In this document: positions 1 through 10,146 of the stretch, piece after piece
How positions within the stretch are numbered: position 1 is the first letter of the stretch
How the letters are laid out: each line of letters opens with the position of its first letter
Source: Candidatus Latescibacterota bacterium
GTDB lineage: Bacteria; Latescibacterota; UBA2968
Reading direction: 5' to 3'
Assembly: GCA_965205975.1 (NCBI GenBank)
Contig: OZ242195.1
Coordinates: 416,001 to 480,000 of the forward strand
Length of the DNA: 64,000 bases
The notes under the pieces: model-generated
Told to the model about the DNA's origin: nothing
The model's database searches: none
The model's input: the letters and a program-made list of their open reading frames with translations, nothing else
Translations under genes and position numbers: made by a program

Positions 1-950
1 GATCGAATAAAGTCATCCAAAAAAGCGATCCCATAAGCCCCACCATAAGCATCGACTTCAGGTAGCGTGTAATCAAAGGTTCGCTGAGATGCCGTGTGCC
101 AGCCTTCTGCAACGCTTTCGAGATACAATTCTGATGGGCTGCCCGAAGGCGTCCAGAACACGCGGCCCTCGTGACCGCGAAATCCCATATACGTGTCGTA
201 ATTCGGCCCCATATAACCCGCGCCACTTATTGATAGTTGATAGCCGGCCTGCATACTGCCCAGCGCGCCATTGGAAAACCGGAAGGATAGAGACGCCACG
301 TCTTCAACATCGATGTTTTCGCCGCTGAGCGTATCGACAATTGCAGAAACGGAGACGATGTCTGCGTCCATTACATAGCACAGCAGGTCGATATAATGAC
401 ACCCCAACCACGATAAGATGCCGCCGCCAGAGATCGACCGATCAAATAGCCAGTGTTTGGGATCGCGAAATTTTACCTGTGATGTGACCATCCGAGATTC
501 ACAAGATGTCACGTGACCTATTGCACCACCCTGGATGACTCTTCGCGCTTCACAAGTGACGGGATGATAGCGATTCTGATACATGACCCCCAGTTGCACG
601 CCTGCTTTTGCTGCGCCATCTACGACCCGAGAAACAGTGGCAACCGAAGCACCGATGGGTTTTTCGCTGATGACGTGGATACCCCGCTCGAACAAGCACA
701 GACAAAGGTCTGGATTCTGGTCGTTGCGGGCGCAGGCCACACCAAAAGCTATTTTTTTAGAGCCTAAAAGTACGCTGAGATCGGAATAAGTACCCGCGAC
801 TTTATCTGTTGAGTTAAAGCTGTTCAGAGCCGAGGGGTCGGCGTCGTACAGAATAATCTCATCTACCAGTGTAGAAGCCTGCAAGGTCTTGAAATGGGCT
901 TCTGAATGGGGATGTGTTAGGCCAAATAAGCCAGCGCGAACGGGTTGCAT
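1..950 (-). CDS. Gfo/Idh/MocA family oxidoreductase (3' end runs off the window)
   Basis: Not in the ORF track. Manual translation from ATG at 950 gives MQPVRAGLFGLTHPHSEAHF..., and the same frame is open at the window edge (...EVDAYGGAYGIAFLDDFIR). Rossmann-type N-terminus. Confidence 0.8.
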   Translation of the reverse strand, partial: MQPVRAGLFGLTHPHSEAHFKTLQASTLVDEIILYDADPSALNSFNSTDKVAGTYSDLSVLLGSKKIAFGVACARNDQNPDLCLCLFERGIHVISEKPIGASVATVSRVVDGAAKAGVQLGVMYQNRYHPVTCEARRVIQGGAIGHVTSCESRMVTSQVKFRDPKHWLFDRSISGGGILSWLGCHYIDLLCYVMDADIVSVSAIVDTLSGENIDVEDVASLSFRFSNGALGSMQAGYQLSISGAGYMGPNYDTYMGFRGHEGRVFWTPSGSPSELYLESVAEGWHTASQRTFDYTLPEVDAYGGAYGIAFLDDFIR

Positions 951-961
951 TACATAATCCT

Positions 962-1771
962 CTATAAATACGGCAGTACTTCGCGCTTGAGCGCGTTGAG
1001 ATATGTCCATTCTTCACCGGGGTCCTGGAAGATCAATGTATAATATCCCGAGAAATTGGCTTTGCGCGTCAAATCCAAACAGGCCAGGAATCCGTCCCGC
1101 AACATGATCCCATCTTCGTAATCCGCTTTGGTGTGAATCGTATCTGCAAACGGCAACACCTCTGCGAGGTCGCCCAGCTTGTGTTCCCCTTTGAAGTTGC
1201 CAAAATCAGTACACAGTCCGATTTGCCCATCGCATCTATCCAAAATATCCAGTAGAGGAGCCGCGCGTTGGGTCAGTCGCTTGAAGTTCTCGGTCATGAC
1301 GCGTACGCCACAATCGCGCGCATAGTCCGACAATTGCAGGAGATTTTGCGCGCTGAGTGCTATGGATTCCGTGTCTGGCTCTGCTTCGCCAGCGATTACG
1401 CGCACATTCGCCGCGCCACAGGTGGATGCGACGTCAATCCATCTCCGAATTTCCGCCAGGTCCTTTTCCCTCTGTTCGGGATCGGGATGCGTAATATCCC
1501 ACGCGTCAATCAAGATGCTGTAAAGCGATACGCTGTGCCTGTCCAGTTCTGCGCGCAGGTCTGCTATAAATGCATCATCTGTCGTAGGAAAATGAAAATG
1601 GCAGATTTCCAAATGCCCGATGCCATGCGATGCCACTTCGCGGGGGACATTGAGTAGCTGTATGCGTCCCCCATCGCCATTTCGGTTCACAAATCCATCG
1701 GGTGTGCGATCATACCACGCCTTGCCCAAAGCGCGGTGCAAACTCCAGGTGGAAATAGATAATTCTGGCAT
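962..1771 (-). CDS. Sugar phosphate isomerase/epimerase (xylose-isomerase-like TIM barrel)
   Basis: 269 aa; metal motifs MTENF, CTDFGNF, IHTK. Confidence 0.8.
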   Translation of the reverse strand: MPELSISTWSLHRALGKAWYDRTPDGFVNRNGDGGRIQLLNVPREVASHGIGHLEICHFHFPTTDDAFIADLRAELDRHSVSLYSILIDAWDITHPDPEQREKDLAEIRRWIDVASTCGAANVRVIAGEAEPDTESIALSAQNLLQLSDYARDCGVRVMTENFKRLTQRAAPLLDILDRCDGQIGLCTDFGNFKGEHKLGDLAEVLPFADTIHTKADYEDGIMLRDGFLACLDLTRKANFSGYYTLIFQDPGEEWTYLNALKREVLPYL

Positions 1772-1818
1772 GTTGTAATCTCCAGTGGTCAGTCGAGAAG
1801 AAGGCAGGTTTTCACATT

Positions 1819-2877
1819 TTACGTCTTGCAGCCCACTTTTTCAGCCAACTGGCAGATCGCCTGCGCGGCTTCGTCAACATCGGATTTGGAGATGCCGATG
1901 TGTGGAATCAATCTTATCATCTGTGTGCCGATGACGCTTACGCGTATGCCGTATTCGGCGAGTAATCGGTCGCCAAAATCGCGGCCGGAAATGCCCAATT
2001 GAGCCACGTCAAAGCGCACCATGTTGGTCTCTACGTCTTCGACATTGATTCCAATTCCGGGTGCTTTTGCAATGCCTTTTGCCAGGTGTTTTGCATTGGC
2101 ATGATCTTCTGCCATTCGTTCGATGTTGTGTTCTAACGCGTAGATACCAGCAGCGGCAATGATGCCGGCTTGTCGCATAGCACCTCCGATGCGCTGTTTC
2201 CACTGCCAGGCATTGAGGATAAAATCTGAAGGTCCCGCCAGTACAGCCCCCACAGGCGCGCCCAGGCCCTTGCTCAGATCGATCCACAGGGTGTCAAAAG
2301 ACTCGGCATACGCTTTTGGTGCAATGCCAGTTGCAACTGTTGCATTTAGCAGTCGTGCGCCATCCATGTGCGTTAAAGCGCCTTTTTCGTGCGCCATATC
2401 GCACACTGCGCGTATCTGTTCGAGGGGCCATATACGTCCTCCTGGCATATTTGTGGTCTGTTCGGCACAGACGAGGCGGAAGGGCGGTCTATATCGCGTT
2501 GACGGCACCATAACCTCTGCCATTTGTTCGGGTGTAAACATGCCATTTTTCCCGTCGATGGGATACAGCGTTGCGCGAGCGAGCACTGCTGCGCCACCGG
2601 CTTCTGATATGAGCGGGTGTGCGGTGCGATCGACTAAAACGAGATCTCCTGCGCGACAGTGAACCGCATAAGAAATTTGGTTGCACATGGTTCCCGATGG
2701 CAAAAAAAGAGCCGCCTCTTTGCCCAGCATCTCGGCGACCATATCCTGTAGGGCGTTCACCGACGGGTCTTCGCCCTTTTGCTCATCACCCACTTCTGCC
2801 AGACACATAAACTCGCGCATCGCTTGCGTTGGCACGGTGGATGTATCGCTGTAAAGATCAATTTTAATGTCAGTCAT
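1819..2877 (-). CDS. ltaE: Low-specificity L-threonine aldolase (PLP)
   Basis: DLYSDT, PSGTMCN, HMDGAR, LSKGLGAPVG, GGAMRQAG motifs. Confidence 0.9.
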   Translation of the reverse strand: MTDIKIDLYSDTSTVPTQAMREFMCLAEVGDEQKGEDPSVNALQDMVAEMLGKEAALFLPSGTMCNQISYAVHCRAGDLVLVDRTAHPLISEAGGAAVLARATLYPIDGKNGMFTPEQMAEVMVPSTRYRPPFRLVCAEQTTNMPGGRIWPLEQIRAVCDMAHEKGALTHMDGARLLNATVATGIAPKAYAESFDTLWIDLSKGLGAPVGAVLAGPSDFILNAWQWKQRIGGAMRQAGIIAAAGIYALEHNIERMAEDHANAKHLAKGIAKAPGIGINVEDVETNMVRFDVAQLGISGRDFGDRLLAEYGIRVSVIGTQMIRLIPHIGISKSDVDEAAQAICQLAEKVGCKT

Positions 2878-3837
2878 TTATCTGCTTTCTCCTGGGCCAG
2901 ATTTGAAAAGATTCAGAAACCGATCTTCGTAAAATGAATAGAGGTTCCAACGGTCGAGTTCGGCTTTGAGTTCATTGGCTTTTTTGTGAAACTGGTCTGT
3001 TTTTTTCACTTCGCGAAACATCTTTTCAATGCGTTTCATAACGGACTGCGGCACTTTGTCTTCTTCGATTTTTCCGCCTGGAAATTCGTTTTCTGGAATA
3101 TCGTCCATGTGGGAAAATGTCTTTTGGATCTGCATCTCAATATCTTCCATTGTGCCTTGCATCTTTTCGGCCGCATCGTCAATTTCCGACATATCGACTG
3201 AAAAATTTAACAAATCTGCCAAAGTCAGCACAATTTCTTTTGAAGCTTTGGGATTTGGTATGGGGGCAGCATATTGCGGCATCGTTCCCAAAAAACAGGC
3301 CGCATTGAGTTCGCGTTTTTTTGCAAAGCCCAACAACAGGCCATTAAGTCCCGAAACCATCCCTTCTTTTAATATTTCCACTCCGTGAGATGATAGCAAT
3401 TCTCGAAATTCGGAGTTGTTCGCCACTCCCAGCACCTGTGCATCTTCTTTGTGACTGGACTGTGTGAGATAGGCCGCGCCTGTGAGGACCGTATCGATGC
3501 CTACCCGCTGCCCTACATCCAGGACTTCGTCCAACAATTCATCGCCGGGTGCTCCGCCTATTTGCGCCTCGCTTTGAAAAATAATCAAATCGTGTTCTTC
3601 CACTACATAAAATATATGAGCAGGTGGATTGGGAAAGGTCGCGATCCCGTCTTCTACAATCATGGCTTCGGGCGGGAAGTGAGATCGCATGTCTATTTCA
3701 GCAAATGCGACGGCATCGAGTTTGCGCCGGATATAGTCAATGGCACCAATGCCAACGCTACCCATACCAGGCCACCCTGCAAGCAGTACTGATGCCCGAA
3801 AAGAACGGGGCAATTCTTTCAATACGTTTAGTTTCAT
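2878..3837 (-). CDS. PAC2 (proteasome assembly chaperone 2) family protein
   Basis: LLAGWPGMGSVG N-terminus, GLNGLLLG, PNPKAS motif, helical C-terminal extension. Confidence 0.75.
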   Translation of the reverse strand: MKLNVLKELPRSFRASVLLAGWPGMGSVGIGAIDYIRRKLDAVAFAEIDMRSHFPPEAMIVEDGIATFPNPPAHIFYVVEEHDLIIFQSEAQIGGAPGDELLDEVLDVGQRVGIDTVLTGAAYLTQSSHKEDAQVLGVANNSEFRELLSSHGVEILKEGMVSGLNGLLLGFAKKRELNAACFLGTMPQYAAPIPNPKASKEIVLTLADLLNFSVDMSEIDDAAEKMQGTMEDIEMQIQKTFSHMDDIPENEFPGGKIEEDKVPQSVMKRIEKMFREVKKTDQFHKKANELKAELDRWNLYSFYEDRFLNLFKSGPGESR

Positions 3838-3884
3838 TTTCTAACCTTTCCACAAGGGACAAAGTGTTTTAGAAATAATATCAA

Positions 3885-3912
3885 ATTATAGGCATGAACA
3901 CAACTATATCAA
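3885..3912 (-). promoter_or_regulatory. Putative sigma70 promoter for the PAC2-ltaE unit
   Basis: Minus strand TTGATA-16 nt-TATAAT, about 50 nt upstream of the PAC2 start. Confidence 0.5.
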
Positions 3913-5000
3913 TGATCAGAATGCCATTTCTCAAGCGGATGCGAACGATTGGGGTTTGGAAAAACAACGCGTTGTCCAGAAATTTGGGATGCGTACGCCC
4001 CGTGAATCATTTCCAGCGCCCAACGCGCATCTCGATCACTGGAAATGGGTGCGCGATCGCGTTCTATGGCGTCAATCAGGTCGATAATGGCGCGATAATT
4101 TCCCGTCTCTTGCAAGTGATCCCCCGCAAGGTCGAGTGCATGCCACGTATGACTACCTGACCAGGGTGACCACAGGCCATCTTCGTAAATGGCAATCGCT
4201 TCTGCGCCCCCGCTTATGGCTATCCGTCCAGATTCTCCGACCAGCACTAACCCGTAACCCTGTCCATTTCCCGCCTGGTTGGCCCGCGAGACAAATGATC
4301 CATCCACGCCATTGGAAAAAGAAAACAGGCTGACCACACCATCGCCCGCAATTGCGCCAATTGGCTCTGTGGCTTCCCGCACATCCTCGGGCGCGATTTC
4401 TCGCTCTCCAACTGTCACGCGCGCTGTCATCCACAGGGGATCGCCCCCCCAAAAGCGCATCATGTTGAAGAGATGTGTCCCCAATACCAGCATGTCTTCG
4501 CCGCCTCCCCGATGGTCTTGTTTGCCATACGCATGCATGGATAGGAGTTTCCCAATTCGATTTTCTCGTATTAGATCGCGTACTTGATGTACTTGTCTGA
4601 GGTAAACAGCTTGATGCGCTACAGCAATTTTGCGGTTGTTCTGTTCGGCGGCAGCCACGATGCGGTCTGCAGATGTGAGGTCACCTGCAAGTGGTTTTTC
4701 CGCATAGACATGGCAGCCGGCTTCGATACACGCTACGATCATTTCTTCGTGACAATCGACCCACCGGGGGCACACGCTGACAATATCGAGGTTTTCTTTC
4801 GCCAGCATGTCGCGATAGTCAGCATATCCTCGCTCTGCCCCTGCATCTGCAATAGCCTTTTCTCGTCCGGCTGCGTCTGGATCGGATACGGCGATCATAT
4901 CCACGCAGTCGATTTTTTGATAGGGCACATGCAGTCCATGTCCAAAATTGCCCTGTCCGGTCCGACCGATTGCACCGGCGCGATAGCGTTTTGCTGCCAT
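3909..5000 (-). CDS. Gfo/Idh/MocA family oxidoreductase
   Basis: Rossmann N-terminus, YAEKP motif, LVLGTH. Confidence 0.85.
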   Translation of the reverse strand: MAAKRYRAGAIGRTGQGNFGHGLHVPYQKIDCVDMIAVSDPDAAGREKAIADAGAERGYADYRDMLAKENLDIVSVCPRWVDCHEEMIVACIEAGCHVYAEKPLAGDLTSADRIVAAAEQNNRKIAVAHQAVYLRQVHQVRDLIRENRIGKLLSMHAYGKQDHRGGGEDMLVLGTHLFNMMRFWGGDPLWMTARVTVGEREIAPEDVREATEPIGAIAGDGVVSLFSFSNGVDGSFVSRANQAGNGQGYGLVLVGESGRIAISGGAEAIAIYEDGLWSPWSGSHTWHALDLAGDHLQETGNYRAIIDLIDAIERDRAPISSDRDARWALEMIHGAYASQISGQRVVFPNPNRSHPLEKWHSDH

Positions 5001-5011
5001 TGTGACTCCTT

Positions 5012-6052
5012 TTAGGGTAAAAACACGACGCCCAGTGCAGCGTTGGGATTCTGAATGAGTTCTTCACATGCTTCAGGTGCGTCATCCAATGCAACCCGAT
5101 GTGTGATAAGGGGGGATACTTTTAAGTGTCCGGTATCCAGAAAGCGCAAGCATTCTTCTAAATTTCGCTTTGTTGTCCACTGCATAAAAACGGGTGGATA
5201 GTCTGCGCCGTGTTCCCATTCCTCGTCGTGATAGCCCGGTCCTGTGCGTGCGGCACTGCGTACATCCAGATTGCCCAATGCGGCGGCAAAACCGTGTTCT
5301 ATTCGGGCGCCACCCACAATGACTATGCGTCCCATCAAGTGTGTGTCGGGTGCTTTTTTGATCATTTTGCTAAGTGTGGTAAAGGCCGGCGTGCCATCGC
5401 CACCAAAGGCAATTACACCGCCATCGATACCATAACCGCGCGTAAAAGTACGGGATACTTCTACCGGGTCTTCCTCTGTGATATTGACCCCGCGCATCAA
5501 GCCACAGGTAGCGGCTTTTTTAAGACGCATGGGCAATTGGTCCAGACCCATTACATAACATCCCGAAATGCGTGCCCATTGGCAGGTGAATTGTCCCACA
5601 AGCCCCAGGCCCGCCACGGCAATGTGTTCGCTGAGTTGGAATGCGCCGCGCCGCACGGCATTTAAGGCGGTTGCGACCAGATGAATAGACGAGGCGTCTT
5701 CATCGCTGACGCCATCGGGAATGGGCACTGCCATATTGCGCGGTACACAGGCATGGGTTGCATGTTGGGCATATCCGCCCCCCATACAGGCCACGCGCGT
5801 CCCAAGCGGTATGTCTTCACACCCCGCGCCTTGCGCCACGACCACGCCAGCATTGGAATATCCAAACGGGCGCGGTGCGGCATCTGATGGGTTTTCCCGT
5901 CGCCTTTTCACCCCACCCAATTCTGTGCCGGGACTGACCATGCTCGCCGTGACTTCTATTTGAACCTGGCCTGGATTCGGGTCTGCAATCGGTTCTTCGA
6001 TGACCGAAATTCCGCCTTGGCCGTCAATTGCCGCTACTTTTCGCATTGCCAT
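5012..6052 (-). CDS. MDR (zinc-binding alcohol dehydrogenase superfamily) protein lacking canonical Zn ligands
   Basis: VSPGTE/GYS in place of CGSD/GHE; GLGLVG NAD motif. Start moved to ATG 6052 behind a GAGGA RBS. Confidence 0.8.
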   Translation of the reverse strand: MAMRKVAAIDGQGGISVIEEPIADPNPGQVQIEVTASMVSPGTELGGVKRRRENPSDAAPRPFGYSNAGVVVAQGAGCEDIPLGTRVACMGGGYAQHATHACVPRNMAVPIPDGVSDEDASSIHLVATALNAVRRGAFQLSEHIAVAGLGLVGQFTCQWARISGCYVMGLDQLPMRLKKAATCGLMRGVNITEEDPVEVSRTFTRGYGIDGGVIAFGGDGTPAFTTLSKMIKKAPDTHLMGRIVIVGGARIEHGFAAALGNLDVRSAARTGPGYHDEEWEHGADYPPVFMQWTTKRNLEECLRFLDTGHLKVSPLITHRVALDDAPEACEELIQNPNAALGVVFLP

Positions 6053-6060
6053 TAGTGTCC

Positions 6061-6852
6061 TCACATTGCCACAATTTGTTTCATGCGTTTTGCCATCTCA
6101 ATTTGCACATCTCGGTCGCCGCCTACTTCGTGGATGACATATCGGTCATAGCCAATATCGCGCAACCCCTTCATGACTTCTGCCCAATCCGTATCCCCAT
6201 CCATCAGGGGTACAAAATTGCGTTGCTGACGAACAAAGTCCTTAAAATGTACCCGTTTAATGCGGTGTTGAAGCCCGCGAATCCAGTGCTCTGGATAGCC
6301 GTAAAACATCATATTGGCTGTATCGAGATAAATTCCGACCCAATCGTTGCCCACGGCATCGACAAACTCGCGCGCTTCTTTGGGGTTGAGTAAGAACTTA
6401 TTCCACACATTCTCTATGCCAACTGCAACGCCTTTTTCCTCGGCATAAGGGGCGATTTCTTTCATCGAGACCAGAAAATCATCCCATGCGTCTTCATAGG
6501 TACCATCAACCGGGAGTTGACCTGGATGGAGTAATACCGCGTCGGTTTCGACCAGATGCGCCACATCAATGGCGCGGCGCAAGCTCTTCATGCCTGCTTC
6601 GCGTTCTGCTGAGTCTCGGCTGAGAAAATTGCCCCGATTATCGTATCTGGCAAGCGCGCTGCTGATTTCAATGCCCGCATCGTCACACCGAGTTTTGACA
6701 TCGCGCACCTCGTTGTCACTCATATCTACATTTGGATCACCATCTGGTGAAAATACCAGTTCGATTGCCTCGTAACCCGCATCACAGCACAATTGCAATG
6801 TTTCATCCAGTGTCAGTTTGCCCAGGATAATTTGTGTCACCCCAATCTTCAT
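6061..6852 (-). CDS. Sugar phosphate isomerase/epimerase (TIM barrel)
   Basis: IENVWNKFL, YLDTAN, VHFKDF, IHE motifs; GGAGG RBS. Confidence 0.85.
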   Translation of the reverse strand: MKIGVTQIILGKLTLDETLQLCCDAGYEAIELVFSPDGDPNVDMSDNEVRDVKTRCDDAGIEISSALARYDNRGNFLSRDSAEREAGMKSLRRAIDVAHLVETDAVLLHPGQLPVDGTYEDAWDDFLVSMKEIAPYAEEKGVAVGIENVWNKFLLNPKEAREFVDAVGNDWVGIYLDTANMMFYGYPEHWIRGLQHRIKRVHFKDFVRQQRNFVPLMDGDTDWAEVMKGLRDIGYDRYVIHEVGGDRDVQIEMAKRMKQIVAM

Positions 6853-6909
6853 CACAGACCTCCATCTGTTTTGGGATAATCAGAAACGCCAGTGTCTCTG
6901 ACCGTAGTT

Positions 6910-8574
6910 TTATTTCTCAACTTCTTCCTTTTCATTTATCTCTGCGAGATCTTTGTGGATTTCGTCCATGAGGATGACCAGATCCAGGATATCTTGGCTT
7001 GTGACCGTGCCCAGAAACTCGTCTGAATCCTCGTCTATAACCGGTATCACTGATAGCGAGTGATCCATCATCCGCTTTAGCACGTCTTCAATTGGTTCAT
7101 TGGGCTGGGCATGGGACGTGTCTGTTTGCAATATCTTGCCAAGCGGTGTGCTCTCCCAGTCCCCCATAGAAATGAGTCTCAGCCGGGCCATCGACATGAT
7201 CCCTGCGACGGTACCTTCATCCACGACCAGATAGTCCTGTTGATTCGGCACGATCCAGTCATCGACAAAATTTCTGACCGAGAGTTCTGAATTGGGATAG
7301 GTGCGTGTCCTGTCCAGAATGTGGTTGACTGTAATGTCCTCTAACGCGCGGCGTGCAAAAGAAAGTGGTACGGTGCGGGGTGGCTTAGCGCGGTGTGTTT
7401 TTCTGGCTTTGTTGACCGCGAAGTCGATTGCTGGTGGCATAAGTATAATGTAGCTGAACATCATCAGCACGAATAGCGAGAAAACATCCTGCCCAATCAC
7501 GCCGCTCTCGAGGAGGACGAGGAGGAGAGCGATCTCCGCCACGCCTTTTGCCATCAGTCCCGTGGACTGGGCGAGGGGATTGTCCAGACGAGCTATATAA
7601 GTACCGATGAAGGCACCGGCGAATTTGCCCAATGACGGGAATACGACCAATGCGACGATGGTCGCGATTGGTAGAGCCGTAAAGGACAGATCCAGGTACA
7701 GGCCAGCTGAGGCAAAGAAAAGTGGGACAAACAAGCCTTCTGCCGCGCTCCGCAGGCCGGGCAGAACATCTTCATGCACCTGACGGGGCAGGCCCGACAG
7801 GGCAGCACCGAAAAGCAGGGCGCCAATAGAGCCGTGCAGATGGATTTTTTCGGCTCCTACTACCATCAGGAAAAGGCCACCGATTATCAGTCCAAACGAC
7901 AGTTCGGGCACGTTCAAAAAACGTTGCAAAAAGATAATTGCATGAGGCAGGAGCCGCGTTGATAGGAACCACGCCACTATTGCGAAAACCGTCATCTGCA
8001 CCAGCAGGAGGAGCACGCTGAAAATACTCAGTTCGTGTTCGTGTTCGCCGATGGAAAAACCGACCACGAGCAGGGCGAGCAACTCGGCGATGATCACTGT
8101 AGTGAATATCTCGAGACCGATGGGTTCTTTGAAGTGTCCTTTGTCGGCGAGTACCTTTGCCACGAGCCCCAGACTGGATAGCGATAGGATACCAGCCAGA
8201 GCCAGTCCCTCTGTGAAATCGAGGTTGAGGGCGAACTCTCCAATTTTGAAGAGGTTAGACGTAAAGACGATGGAGACGAGCAGTGAGATGAGCACTGATA
8301 CAGTCGCTGCAAGAAAAAACCGCCCGCGAATTGTCGCTACAAAGCTCGGTATGTCGATCTCGTCGAGGCCGACCAGAAAGAAGAAGACAAAGATACCGAT
8401 GCCTAAGAAGGTTTGCAGTTCGCTCGTTAGTTCAATTATATTCAAGACGGGACCGAGCAGGGTGCCGGTTATGGTATAGGCAACTATTGAATTTAAGCCG
8501 AAACGCTTAAATATGCCCTCAAAGAGTTTGCCTACGACGATAAGCAGACCAAGGGGTAGTAAGGTGTCAATCAT
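6910..8574 (-). CDS. Cation:proton antiporter (CPA2-like) with C-terminal CBS-domain pair
   Basis: About 12 hydrophobic segments (FVPLFFASAGL, GKFAGA) followed by CBS-like YLVVDEG..GIMS and IPVIDE...LGTVTSQDIL. Confidence 0.8.
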   Translation of the reverse strand: MIDTLLPLGLLIVVGKLFEGIFKRFGLNSIVAYTITGTLLGPVLNIIELTSELQTFLGIGIFVFFFLVGLDEIDIPSFVATIRGRFFLAATVSVLISLLVSIVFTSNLFKIGEFALNLDFTEGLALAGILSLSSLGLVAKVLADKGHFKEPIGLEIFTTVIIAELLALLVVGFSIGEHEHELSIFSVLLLLVQMTVFAIVAWFLSTRLLPHAIIFLQRFLNVPELSFGLIIGGLFLMVVGAEKIHLHGSIGALLFGAALSGLPRQVHEDVLPGLRSAAEGLFVPLFFASAGLYLDLSFTALPIATIVALVVFPSLGKFAGAFIGTYIARLDNPLAQSTGLMAKGVAEIALLLVLLESGVIGQDVFSLFVLMMFSYIILMPPAIDFAVNKARKTHRAKPPRTVPLSFARRALEDITVNHILDRTRTYPNSELSVRNFVDDWIVPNQQDYLVVDEGTVAGIMSMARLRLISMGDWESTPLGKILQTDTSHAQPNEPIEDVLKRMMDHSLSVIPVIDEDSDEFLGTVTSQDILDLVILMDEIHKDLAEINEKEEVEK

Positions 8575-8711
8575 AGGCAAGGTCTCATCAATTGTTGGAG
8601 ATTTAACCAGTCAAGATGGGGTGAATTATACGCGTATTTGATATGAAAAATAAATCGCCTATTAAAAAAAGCAAGCCTTTATCGCGCCCTTGCCTCGCGT
8701 TTATATAATGC

Positions 8712-8740
8712 TTGACAAGGTACATTTTTTTGGCTATCAC
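8712..8740 (+). promoter_or_regulatory. Possible sigma70 promoter
   Basis: TTGACA-17 nt-TATCAC upstream of the solute-binding protein gene. Confidence 0.4.
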
Positions 8741-8806
8741 ATCGTCTTGTTCACGTTGTTCGCAAACCGCCATCACATACAACACAGTAATTCTGGAGAT
8801 TGCGCT

Positions 8807-10117
8807 ATGAGGTACACATGTATTCTATTTGGTCTGATATTTCTCGTTGTGGGCTGTAAACCCGCTGAGTCACCGACACCGATGAAGCGCGCTATCACAA
8901 TATGGTGGGCGCAGTGGGATCCTGCGGATGGGCTTCAGGAATTGGGCAATAAATTCGAACAGGAAACGGGTATTGCCGTTAAAGTCCACCAGATTCCCTG
9001 GCCGTCTTATCAGGATCAGGTTTTTCTCAATTTTGGGAATAATAAAACGGATTTTGACATTGTGATTGGCGATAGTCAGTGGATTGGACGAGGCGCGACG
9101 CGCGATCTTTACGTCGATCTGACCGACTGGTTGCCCACGGCAATTGATATAGACAAAATTCATCCCCGCGCTGCGCGTTATTTGTGCGAATATCCGCCCG
9201 GTGGTGGCAAATTTTACGCCGCGCCCTGCGAGACCGATGCCGTCGGATTTGTCTATCGCAAGGACTGGTTTGAAGACCCTGCCGAGCAAGCGGCATTCAA
9301 ACAGAAATACGGGCGCGACCTGACGATCCCCGACACTTGGGATGAATTCCGCGATCTGGCTGAATTTTTCCATCGTCCAGATGAAAAAAAATACGGTTGC
9401 GCTCTGCTCACCGGCCGAGGGTATGATTCGATGACGATGGGTTTTCAGATGTTTATGTGGGGTTTTGGAGGCTCGTGGGGCGAGTTTGGAGAGTTTGCGG
9501 TGGATGGGTATGTCAATAAACCGGAAGTGGCAGAAGCCCTTGCGTATCTAAAGGAGTTGTTACAATACGGTCCCAATGGCGCGACCAATTTCGACTACGG
9601 TAAAACTTATGAAGCCTTTATCAATGGTTCGACGGCGATGAGCATGAACTATTTCGCCTTTTATCCCGGTATTGTGAAACAAATGGGGGATAGGGCGGGA
9701 TTTTTCATGGTGCCCAAAGCTGGCGATAAGCGCGTGGTGAGTCTGGGTGGACAGGGATTTAGCATTTCGACCAAGACATCCGCAGAGCAACAGGAACTGG
9801 CCAAGCAATTCATCGCGTGGTTCTTGCAAACCGATATTCAAAAAGAATGGATTACCAAAGACGCCGGATTTACCGCCAATACAGATATTCTCAATAGCGA
9901 AGAATTTCGAAATGCATCTCCGTACAACCGCGCTTTTGCAGAATCGCTCGATTATCTCCAGGACTTTTGGAATGCGCCTGTCTATAACGAGTTGCTCGCG
10001 GTTTCACAGCGCTATTTGGGCGAAGCGATTGATGGGGTTACGCCCGCGCAGGAGGCCCTTGACAAAATCGCTGCCGAACACGAGCAGATTTTCAAAGATG
10101 CCGGTTTGTTGAAGTAA
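8807..10117 (+). CDS. Sugar ABC transporter substrate-binding lipoprotein (family 1)
   Basis: Lipobox LVVGC after ATG 8807 (GGAGA RBS); YRKDWF, PDTWDEF motifs. Confidence 0.85.
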   Translation: MRYTCILFGLIFLVVGCKPAESPTPMKRAITIWWAQWDPADGLQELGNKFEQETGIAVKVHQIPWPSYQDQVFLNFGNNKTDFDIVIGDSQWIGRGATRDLYVDLTDWLPTAIDIDKIHPRAARYLCEYPPGGGKFYAAPCETDAVGFVYRKDWFEDPAEQAAFKQKYGRDLTIPDTWDEFRDLAEFFHRPDEKKYGCALLTGRGYDSMTMGFQMFMWGFGGSWGEFGEFAVDGYVNKPEVAEALAYLKELLQYGPNGATNFDYGKTYEAFINGSTAMSMNYFAFYPGIVKQMGDRAGFFMVPKAGDKRVVSLGGQGFSISTKTSAEQQELAKQFIAWFLQTDIQKEWITKDAGFTANTDILNSEEFRNASPYNRAFAESLDYLQDFWNAPVYNELLAVSQRYLGEAIDGVTPAQEALDKIAAEHEQIFKDAGLLK

Positions 10118-10146
10118 TCATAACTCAAAAAGGAAAGTACAACTCT

